Assembly (NCBI GenBank): GCA_964658375.1
Contig: CAZZYU010000002.1
Location: 5,282 to 69,281 of the forward strand
DNA length: 64,000 bases
From: an uncultured Acetobacteraceae bacterium
GTDB lineage: Bacteria > Actinomycetota > Thermoleophilia > Solirubrobacterales > Solirubrobacteraceae
Reading direction: 5' to 3'
Both the position numbers and the translations under genes were made by a program. Positions 7,549-14,948 of this stretch are shown here, piece after piece. Numbering within the stretch: the first letter of the stretch is position 1; each line of letters opens with the position of its first letter. The notes beneath the pieces are model-generated. The model saw only the letters and a list, made by a program, of their open reading frames with translations, was not told where the DNA came from and did no database searches.

Positions 7549-8542
7549 GGGGACCGTCCTCGGCGCCGAGGGCTACGTGTTCGAGCTCGAGCGCCGCGGC
7601 CACGTCCAGGCCGGGCCGTTCGTGCCCGAGGTCATCCTCGACGCGCCGGAGGCGGTGCTCGGACTGCACCGTGAGTTCCTGCGCGCCGGCGCCGACGTGA
7701 TGGTCGCGCTCACCTACTACGCCCACCGCGAGAAGCTCCGCGTGATCGGCCGCGACGGCGATCTGGAGGAGATGAACCGGACCGCGGTGCGGATGGCCAA
7801 CGCGGTCGCGGCCGAGGGCGACGCGCTGGTCGCGGCCAACATCTGCAACACCTGGTCCTATGACCCGCGCGAGCCGGAGCGCACGGGCGCGCTCGTGCGC
7901 GCCCAGTACGAGGAGCAGCTGGGCTGGGCCGTGGAGGAAGGCGTCGACTTCGTCATCCACGAGACCAACGACTTCCTCGGCGAGGCGCTGATCGGACTGG
8001 AGGTCTGCCACGAGCTCGGCCTGCCGGCGATGGTCACCTTCGCCAGCGTCCAGCCGCAGCACACCTACGACGGCGTCCCCTACGTGGAGGCGTGCCGGCG
8101 CGTCGCCGACGCCGGCGCCGCGATCGTCGGGCTCAACTGCAGTCGTGGCCCGGTGACGATGCGCCCGCTGCTGAGCGAGATCCAGGCGGCGGTCGACTGC
8201 GCGGTGGCCGCCCAGCCGGTTCCGTTCCACACCACCGGGGAGACGCCGGCGTTTGAGTCACTGCAGACCGGCGACGGCCAGCGCGCCTTCCCGGTCGCGC
8301 TGGAGAGCTTTGCCTGCACCCGCTTTGAGATGGCCGACTTCGCCCGGTGGGCGCAGGCGACGGGGATCGAGTACGTCGGCATCTGCTGCGGAGGGGGACC
8401 GCACCACGTCCGCGCGATGGCCGAGGCGCTGGGCCGGGAGGCTCCCGCCAGCCGGTACTCGCCGGCGATCGAGCTGCATCCGGTGCTCGGCACGGTCGGC
8501 GCCTCCGCGCACGACGAGATGGGCGACTGGACGGTCGTGTGA
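7505..8542 (+). CDS. Homocysteine S-methyltransferase domain protein (betaine-homocysteine methyltransferase-like)
   Basis: ATG 7505 follows GAGGAGG, in frame within ORF 7319..8542. Hcy-binding-domain pattern is present (VLGAEGYVFELERRG, GLNCSRGP, Cys pair in GICCGGGP). It overlaps the preceding gene by 44 nt. Confidence 0.8.
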   Translation: MTHRSPRTLAQRLSEGTVLGAEGYVFELERRGHVQAGPFVPEVILDAPEAVLGLHREFLRAGADVMVALTYYAHREKLRVIGRDGDLEEMNRTAVRMANAVAAEGDALVAANICNTWSYDPREPERTGALVRAQYEEQLGWAVEEGVDFVIHETNDFLGEALIGLEVCHELGLPAMVTFASVQPQHTYDGVPYVEACRRVADAGAAIVGLNCSRGPVTMRPLLSEIQAAVDCAVAAQPVPFHTTGETPAFESLQTGDGQRAFPVALESFACTRFEMADFARWAQATGIEYVGICCGGGPHHVRAMAEALGREAPASRYSPAIELHPVLGTVGASAHDEMGDWTVV

Positions 8543-8569
8543 GGCGCGCGCGGCCCCGTTGACGCCCGG

Positions 8570-9124
8570 TCAGCTCGGGCGCGGGTCGGCGGTGCTCGTC
8601 GCGTGGCGGATCGCCAGCTCCAGCACCTCGACGCCGATCAGCCGCTCGAACATCCCCAGCAGCGCCCACAGCGATCGCACCGCGATCCTCGCCTTGAAGT
8701 CGACCGTCGCCACGCGCACATCGCTGACCAGCCGCGATCGCCGGTCACCGTCGGGCTCGACCCAGTGGGCGAACAGCACGCGCACAGTGCCCGGCTGCCT
8801 CCAGTTATGGAAATCATCGGCGCCGTCGAGGTGCGGATAGTCGCGCGACAGCGTCCAGATGCGTCCGCACATCCCCGACACCGAGCGGTGCTCCCCCTCC
8901 TCGAGCACGGTGAACGGATCCTGGGCCAGCACGCTGCGAAACGTCTGCTGGGGCTCGATGCCCGGCAGCCGCCACTGGACCAGCCGCCCGACGGTCGCCG
9001 TCTCGTCGAGCCGCACCGCGGACGCGGCGTCCCACAGGCGCTGCGGGCTGACCGGGGCCGTGCGGCTGTGGCGGACGTTGATCGCCGGCGAGGACAGCCA
9101 CGTATCGAGCTCGTCCTCGGTCAT
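8570..9124 (-). CDS. Hypothetical protein, SRPBCC-like by pattern
   Basis: 184 codons from ATG 9124 (MTEDELDTW). This ATG overlaps the stop of the upstream prenyltransferase gene (ATGA). GC3-rich and protein-like. The SRPBCC assignment is only a pattern impression. Confidence 0.55.
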   Translation of the reverse strand: MTEDELDTWLSSPAINVRHSRTAPVSPQRLWDAASAVRLDETATVGRLVQWRLPGIEPQQTFRSVLAQDPFTVLEEGEHRSVSGMCGRIWTLSRDYPHLDGADDFHNWRQPGTVRVLFAHWVEPDGDRRSRLVSDVRVATVDFKARIAVRSLWALLGMFERLIGVEVLELAIRHATSTADPRPS

Positions 9125-10071
9125 ACGCGGCTGAGGGCGACCGCGACGCAGAGCAGGACGCAGAACAGCAGGTGCAGCTGCGCGGTCAACGGCGTGAACG
9201 TCTCGGGGCTCAGGTCGCCCGGTGTCCGCGCGGTCCGCGCCTGACGCCAGCGCGCGGCGGCCAGCGGCGTGAGCGCGAGCGGCAGCAGGATCCACGCGTC
9301 AAACAGACCGGTGAGCCACAGCGCGACCGGGACGACCATCGCCAGCGCCAGCATCGCCAGGTAGAGGTTGCGCGCGCGGGTGAAGCCGATGCGGACCGCC
9401 AGCGTCGCGACCCCGGCGGCCCGATCGGTCTCGATGTCAGACAGGTTGTTCGCGGCGAGCACGCACGCGATCAGCAGCCCCGGCGCCAGGCCGACCCAGA
9501 ACGCGGTGGCCGCGAACGCATCGCCGGTGATCGCGGTGTAGGCGCCCTGCGTCAGCAGCGGTCCCATCAGCAGCACGATCACCGGGTCCCCCAGACCGAT
9601 GTACTTGTACGGCTTGGGGCCGACGGTGTACAGGGCCCCGCCGAGGATTCCGATGACGCCGATCACCAGCAGCGCCGGACCCTGGATCACGCAGATCACG
9701 ATGCCGAGCGCGAACGCTCCCGCAAACAGGGCGGCGTACTCGCGGCGACCCTGGCTGACGGTGAGCAGGCCCGCGGTGAAGACCCGCGAGTTCTGGACCT
9801 TGTCGGGCGGATCGACGCCCCGGGCGAAGTCCTCCACCTCGTTGCTGACGTCGGTCGCGGCGTGCAGGAGCAGCAGCGCGATCAGCGCCACCGGCAGCAG
9901 CCACCAGCGCGGATGCGCCGAGCCGATCGCCACCAGGGCGCCCGCCAGGCCGGGGATGACGGAGGTGAGCAGGTACAGCGGTCGCGTGGCGCGGATGCTC
10001 AGCGTCAGCCGACTGGGCACCGGCAGCGCCAGCGGGGTCACGGGTCGGCCGATGGGTGCTCCTGCGGGCAT
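9121..10071 (-). CDS. UbiA superfamily prenyltransferase, MenA-like (1,4-dihydroxy-2-naphthoate polyprenyltransferase family)
   Basis: 316 codons from ATG 10071 (MPAGAPIG), with GAGGAG upstream. Polytopic membrane protein. First Asp-rich motif is SNEVEDFARGVD and the second is NNLSDIETDRAAG, as in MenA-type enzymes. Confidence 0.8.
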   Translation of the reverse strand: MPAGAPIGRPVTPLALPVPSRLTLSIRATRPLYLLTSVIPGLAGALVAIGSAHPRWWLLPVALIALLLLHAATDVSNEVEDFARGVDPPDKVQNSRVFTAGLLTVSQGRREYAALFAGAFALGIVICVIQGPALLVIGVIGILGGALYTVGPKPYKYIGLGDPVIVLLMGPLLTQGAYTAITGDAFAATAFWVGLAPGLLIACVLAANNLSDIETDRAAGVATLAVRIGFTRARNLYLAMLALAMVVPVALWLTGLFDAWILLPLALTPLAAARWRQARTARTPGDLSPETFTPLTAQLHLLFCVLLCVAVALSRV

Positions 10072-10125
10072 GCTTCTCCTCAGACGCGGTGTCGACGTGC
10101 AGCTGCTCTGCGATCGCGGCAGAGA

Positions 10126-11145
10126 ATGCACGATCGAATGATGATCGGGCAAGCTGATGGGATGCGACACCACTATCGCGCCTCCGGCGCCGACCTGCCG
10201 TTCACCGATCCCCGGCGGGCTCACGGAGTCGCCATGGAGGGCTACTTCTGGCGGCTCAGCGACGGGCGATCGGGGCGGGTCGTCGTGGCCCTGTGCGGCG
10301 TGTGCACCACGTCTGACGGTGTCTGGGCGACGGTCGCGCTCGCCGCCCACCCCGGGGGGTTTCTCCGCTGGGCCGACGTGGCGGTCGCGCGAGCCGACGC
10401 CGACCGGCTCGGCGTGCGGGTCGGCGACGGGGTGCTGACCGCCGACGCGGACGGGCTGACGGTCGATCTCGGGCCCGACGCCCGGCTTGACGTGCGCTTC
10501 GCGCAGCGGCGCGACTGGCCGCGGCGCGGCCTCGGAGGACTGGGAGCCGCGCACCTCGTGCCCGGCCTGGGGCAGTACTGGCACCCGCATCTGCTCGGGG
10601 CGCGCGTGGGCGGCCGGGCGACCGTCGGCGACGTGACGCTGGCGCTCGATGGCTGGGACGCCTACGCCGAGAAGAACTGGGGCCGGGGAGGCTTCCCCGA
10701 TCGGTGGTGGTGGGGACAGGCGCAGGGGTTTGAGCGCCGCGACGTGTGCGTCGCGTTCGCCGGCGGCGACTTGCGTATCGGGCCGGCGACCGTCGAGGCG
10801 ACCGGCCTCGTCGTCGCGCTGGGCTCAGACCTGGTTCGGCTGGGCAACCCGCTGCTCGCACCGGTCCACGCCCGCGCCGACGGTGAGCGCTGGACGCTGC
10901 GCGCCCGGGGGCCGGTGTGGAGCGTCGAGCTGGACGGCCGCGGCCGTCGCGGCGACGCGCACCTGCTGCCCGTCCCGCTGCCTGACCGCCGCCACAGCAT
11001 CCTGGCGGCCCACGAGCATCTGGGGGCCGAGCTGCGGATGGTCGTCCGCCGCCGCGGCGCGGTCGTGTTCGCCGGCGAGTCCCGGCTGGCCGGACTCGAG
11101 GTGGGCACGCGGCCCGACGGCGAGCCCCCTACGCGGCCGGGATGA
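10126..11145 (+). CDS. Tocopherol cyclase family (VTE1/slr1737-like) protein
   Basis: Real part of ORF 9172..11145. Hallmarks HGVAMEGYFWRL and EKNWGRGGFPDRWWWGQAQGF match the FFEGWY and EKNWG..FP..W.W.Q motifs of tocopherol cyclases. The start may be ATG 10126, 10138, 10141 or 10162. Confidence 0.75.
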   Translation: MHDRMMIGQADGMRHHYRASGADLPFTDPRRAHGVAMEGYFWRLSDGRSGRVVVALCGVCTTSDGVWATVALAAHPGGFLRWADVAVARADADRLGVRVGDGVLTADADGLTVDLGPDARLDVRFAQRRDWPRRGLGGLGAAHLVPGLGQYWHPHLLGARVGGRATVGDVTLALDGWDAYAEKNWGRGGFPDRWWWGQAQGFERRDVCVAFAGGDLRIGPATVEATGLVVALGSDLVRLGNPLLAPVHARADGERWTLRARGPVWSVELDGRGRRGDAHLLPVPLPDRRHSILAAHEHLGAELRMVVRRRGAVVFAGESRLAGLEVGTRPDGEPPTRPG

Positions 11146-11512
11146 CGAACTCCCGGGCGCGGGCGGCGCTGGTCAGCAGCAGCCCGAGGAACCGGTCGAG
11201 CATCTCGGCGTCGAGTGACTGCTGCGGGATCTCGCCGCACACGAGCACCTCGCCGGCGCGGTTCTGGGCAAAGCAGACCAGCGGCGCCTGCTGGTTCCAG
11301 TACAGCAGCTGGCCCGGCTCGATCAGGCCCGGCGGCAGGACCGCGGCGCGGGCACGCAACAGGACGCCGCGGAGCACGAGCTCGACCTCGAGCACGTAGC
11401 CGGCGGCATCGAGCACGAGCTGCCACTCCCCCGGTCCGGTCTCGGAGGCCCGGGCCTCGAGCGTGGACAGATACGCGGCGATCCGCTCGGCTGCCTCCAT
11501 CAAAAGGAGCAT
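11129..11512 (-). CDS. YbjN-like domain protein (putative)
   Basis: Roughly 125 codons (MLLLMEAAERIAAYL; alternative ATG at 11500). Overall pattern resembles small YbjN-type proteins. GC3-rich. Confidence 0.55.
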   Translation of the reverse strand: MLLLMEAAERIAAYLSTLEARASETGPGEWQLVLDAAGYVLEVELVLRGVLLRARAAVLPPGLIEPGQLLYWNQQAPLVCFAQNRAGEVLVCGEIPQQSLDAEMLDRFLGLLLTSAARAREFVIPAA

Positions 11513-11531
11513 AGGAGCGATACTCAGCCGC

Positions 11532-11924
11532 GTGCCCGATCGCAACGTCCTCGGCGGTGAGCTTGAGCCCTGCGGCAGCGACCCGATCACCGGCTTCTTC
11601 CGCGACGGGTGCTGCCGGACCGCGCCGGAGGACGTCGGCAGTCACACGATCTGCGCGGTGGTGACCGCGGAGTTCCTGGAGCACCAGCGGCGCATCGGCA
11701 ACGACCTGCAGACGCCGATGCCGCTGTACGGGTTCCCGGGCCTGGTCCCCGGCGACCGCTGGTGCGTGACCGCGGTCAACTGGCTGCGCGCCCACGTCGA
11801 CGGCGCCGCCGCGTTCGTGGTGCTCGCCTCCACCCACGAGCGGGCGCTGGACGTCGTTCCGCTGGAGGCGCTGCGCGAGCACGCCGTCGACGTGCCCGAG
11901 GATCCGGGCGCGCTGCACGACTGA
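11532..11924 (+). CDS. DUF2237 family protein
   Basis: Highly characteristic sequence PDRNVLGGELEPCGSDPITGFFRDGCCRTAPEDVGSHTICAVVTAEFLEHQRRIGNDL. Start taken at GTG 11532; the track start is 11463. Confidence 0.8.
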   Translation: MPDRNVLGGELEPCGSDPITGFFRDGCCRTAPEDVGSHTICAVVTAEFLEHQRRIGNDLQTPMPLYGFPGLVPGDRWCVTAVNWLRAHVDGAAAFVVLASTHERALDVVPLEALREHAVDVPEDPGALHD

Positions 11925-12018
11925 AAAACCCGACGCCGCGCTCTGTGGTTGACGATCAGATCTAGTGTCCCGATCGACACATTCGGTGGCACGAATTTTC
12001 CAATCGCGACACTAGCCT

Positions 12019-12780
12019 GTGGCGATGGCCCGCCGGCGCGCCGTCCCCACGATCGTCGGCCGGCTCGGTGAGCTGACCGTCGAGACCGATCCCGGGCGGC
12101 CGACCGGGCGTCTGCTGCGCGAGGGCGGCATGGACATCTCCTACGTCGACCTCGCCGACGCGACCCACCTGGAGTTCGCCTACCTGCGCTGGTCGCGGAC
12201 CGTGCTGCGAGCCGCCCGCGCCCGCCGGGTCGTGCACGTCGGCGGCGCCGCCTGCGCGCTGGCGCGGGCGCTGGCCGCCGAGTGGCCCGACGGACGCCAG
12301 GAGGTCTGCGAGCTCGATGCCGGCGTGCTCGAGCTCGCCCGCTCCCACATGGGGCTGCGGCGCGCTCCGGGGCTGCACGTCCGCCACGCCGACGGCCGCG
12401 GGTTCCTGACCCGGCAGCGGGATGCAAGCTGGGATGCCGTCGTCATCGACGCCTTCCTCGGCGCGCGGGTGCCCCGTCGGCTGGTGACCGCGCAGGCGCT
12501 GGGCGATGTCGCGCGCGTCGCGCCGCTGGCGCTGATCAACGTCGTCGATGACCGCGCCCAGCGAGAGGTCCACGTCGTCGCGGCGGGCCTGGCAGACGCC
12601 TATGCCGACGTGTGGGCGCTCGGGGACCGGGTCGGCAACGTGATCCTCGTCGGCGCTGCGACGCCGCTGCGCCGGGAGCCGATCGCCGCCGCCGCGGCGG
12701 CCGACCCCACCCCCGCCCGGGTCACCGACCCCGACGCGTTGGCGGTGCTGATCGCCGGAACGCCGGCGCTGCGCGACTGA
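12019..12780 (+). CDS. Spermidine-synthase-like SAM-dependent methyltransferase-fold protein
   Basis: 253-aa ORF. Pattern HLEFAYLRW...VVHVGGAACALARAL...DAVVIDAF is typical of actinobacterial spermidine-synthase-like proteins. Confidence 0.65.
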   Translation: MAMARRRAVPTIVGRLGELTVETDPGRPTGRLLREGGMDISYVDLADATHLEFAYLRWSRTVLRAARARRVVHVGGAACALARALAAEWPDGRQEVCELDAGVLELARSHMGLRRAPGLHVRHADGRGFLTRQRDASWDAVVIDAFLGARVPRRLVTAQALGDVARVAPLALINVVDDRAQREVHVVAAGLADAYADVWALGDRVGNVILVGAATPLRREPIAAAAAADPTPARVTDPDALAVLIAGTPALRD

Positions 12781-13891
12781 AGAAACGCCCTCGCTCGCGG
12801 GTCAGCGGGGCATGCGGCGGGGGCGCCGCGCCGCCGCTCGTGCCGGCCTCCAGAATGCGGCGGCGATCGACGGTCACCGGATCGGGCCCCGGGCGCCCCA
12901 GATACCAGCCCTGGCCGAGGTCGGCGCCCGCGGCGCGCACCGCCGCCAGATCCTCCTCGGTCTCGATTCCCTCCGCGACCACCCGGACGCCCAGCTCGTG
13001 GGCGTAGTCGATCAGCGCGCCGACCAGCCGCCGGCGCGCGGGATGGGCGCCGAGGCCGGTCACGAGCTCGCGGTCGATCTTGACGACATCCGGGCGCAGG
13101 GCGTCGAGGTAGGACAGGCTCGAGTGACCGGCGCCCAGGTCATCCAGGGCGACCATCGCGCCCTGCCGGCGGTACTCGTCCAGGATGCGCTGGAGGAACT
13201 CCAGATCCGGGAACTGCTCGGTCTCCACCACCTCAAAGCAGATCCGCTCCATCGACAGCCCCAGCCGACGCGCGATCGCCCACGTCGTGCGCAGGCAGAC
13301 CGCCGGGTCATAGATCGCCGTGGGGGTGAAGTTGACGAACAGCACCTGGTCGGCGCCGATCCGCGGCATCGCCTGCTCCAGTGAGATCGTGCGGCCCAGC
13401 AGGTCCATCGTGAACAGCGCGCCGTGGGCGCGGGCGGCCTGGACGATCTCACCGCCGTTGAGCTCTGCGCCGGCGATTCGGCCGCGGAGCAACGACTCAT
13501 ACCCGTAGGTCGCCCCGTCGGCCATCGACACGATCGGCTGCAGGACCGGGTACAGGTCAGAACCGTTGAGCAGCTCGGGCAGCCACGGCGTGCGCGCGCG
13601 GGTGAGCACCTCCTGGGCGGGCAGGGTGATCTGGAGCTCGGCGCCGGTCAGCGGCGCGGCGAGCAGCGCGGCGCGCTCGGAGAAGGTCAGCTGCGACAGG
13701 ATCTCGGCCAGCCGGTCCACCCACCCGGGTCCCTCCAGGCGCAACCCGTCGGCCTCCTCGAGCAGGACTCCGACCTTCGTGCGGACGTGCAGGCGCTCGG
13801 CGACGAGCACCACCCCGTCGGCGTACTCGGTCGGCTTGACCGAGCGACAATCACACGCGTGCCCGGCGCACGTGGCAGAGGTCATGCCCAC
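12722..13891 (-). CDS. EAL domain protein (putative c-di-GMP phosphodiesterase) with an uncharacterised N-terminal domain
   Basis: 389-aa ORF with EAL-domain motifs YESLLRG, FVNFTP, FEVVETE, VALDDLGAGHSSLSYL, KIDRELV, VVAEGIETEE and GQGWYLGRP. Confidence 0.85.
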   Translation of the reverse strand: MGMTSATCAGHACDCRSVKPTEYADGVVLVAERLHVRTKVGVLLEEADGLRLEGPGWVDRLAEILSQLTFSERAALLAAPLTGAELQITLPAQEVLTRARTPWLPELLNGSDLYPVLQPIVSMADGATYGYESLLRGRIAGAELNGGEIVQAARAHGALFTMDLLGRTISLEQAMPRIGADQVLFVNFTPTAIYDPAVCLRTTWAIARRLGLSMERICFEVVETEQFPDLEFLQRILDEYRRQGAMVALDDLGAGHSSLSYLDALRPDVVKIDRELVTGLGAHPARRRLVGALIDYAHELGVRVVAEGIETEEDLAAVRAAGADLGQGWYLGRPGPDPVTVDRRRILEAGTSGGAAPPPHAPLTRERGRFFSRAAPAFRRSAPPTRRGR

Positions 13892-13932
13892 CTATCGTCA
13901 TGACCCGCCGGGACTGAGAGGGGATTGGACGA

Positions 13933-14142
13933 TTAGCCGATGTGGCGGTCCACCTGCCCGCGCCGCGTGACCTCACGCAGGATCTCGGCGCGCTGATCCG
14001 CCGACGAGGCCCCCCACGCCGCCACCTCGTCCAGCGTGCGCAGGCACCCGTGACACCAGCCGGTCGACTCGTCGATCACGCAGATCCCGATGCACGGGGA
14101 CTCCACCTGGCGGCGCCGGGCCTCATCACCACCGCCGCTCAT
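13933..14142 (-). CDS. DUF1289 family Cys-rich protein (predicted Fe-S/metal-binding)
   Basis: 69 codons from ATG 14142, with signature SPCIGICVIDESTGWCHGCLRTLDEVAAW. The start overlaps the upstream stop (ATGA). Confidence 0.75.
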   Translation of the reverse strand: MSGGGDEARRRQVESPCIGICVIDESTGWCHGCLRTLDEVAAWGASSADQRAEILREVTRRGQVDRHIG

Positions 14143-14948
14143 CGCAGGGCTCCCACGCCGGCGTCGGCGTAGCGCCCGAGGTAGCCCAGACCGGCGATCG
14201 CCCGGCTGCCGTACCAGGACGTCATCTCGCCGTCGATCAGCGACGCCCGCACCCCGGGCATCAGCGCCCCGATCTCCTCCAGATGACGCTCGCGGAAGTG
14301 AAACGGCTCGGAGGAGAGCAGCACGCGATCCACGGTGCCCGCGTAGCGACGCAGATCGACCTCGGGATAGCGCTCGTCGGTGTGACGGGGCAGCGTGTGC
14401 CAGTTGACGAGCGCCAGCGTCCGCGCGATGTAGGTCTGGGGCGCCACGGTCATCCACGGGTCACGCCAGATCAGGTACAGGACGTCCTGGCGGGGCCGGC
14501 GGGGTCCGGCCAGCGCCTCCCGGGCCGCGTCAAAGCGGGCGCACAGGGCGTCGGCTTCCCCGGCGCGGTCAAAGATGGCGCCGAGCAGGCGAAACAGGTG
14601 GAGGTTGTCGGCGGGCGCCTCGGGGTGGGTGACGATCACGTGGGGAACGAACCGCTCCAGCTCCGCCGCGGTCTCGCGCGTGTTCTCGTCGACGTTGACC
14701 ACGACGTGGCTGGGGGCGAGCTCGCGGATGCGTTTGAGCTTGACGTCCTTGGTGCCGCCGACCTTGGGGATCTCCCGGACCGTCTCCCACGGGTGCACGC
14801 AGAAGCCGGTGCGCCCCACCAGCTGCGCGGCCAGGCCCAGATCACAGAGCAGCTCGGTGATCGATGGCACCAGGCACACGATGCGAGGCTCCTCTGTCGC
14901 GGGTTCGTGGACGGTTCCGGCGGCGTCGACGAGCCCACGGGCGGACAT
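14139..14948 (-). CDS. BtuF-like cobalamin/helical-backbone metal-receptor family protein lacking a signal peptide
   Basis: About 269 codons. Pattern RIVCLVPSITELLCDLG...VGRTGFCVHP...VGGTKDVKLKRIRELAPSHVVV is typical of class III periplasmic-binding-fold (BtuF-type) proteins. The N-terminus is hydrophilic. ATG 14948 shares 1 nt with the icmF stop; GTG 14951 is an alternative start. Confidence 0.7.
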   Translation of the reverse strand: MSARGLVDAAGTVHEPATEEPRIVCLVPSITELLCDLGLAAQLVGRTGFCVHPWETVREIPKVGGTKDVKLKRIRELAPSHVVVNVDENTRETAAELERFVPHVIVTHPEAPADNLHLFRLLGAIFDRAGEADALCARFDAAREALAGPRRPRQDVLYLIWRDPWMTVAPQTYIARTLALVNWHTLPRHTDERYPEVDLRRYAGTVDRVLLSSEPFHFRERHLEEIGALMPGVRASLIDGEMTSWYGSRAIAGLGYLGRYADAGVGALR

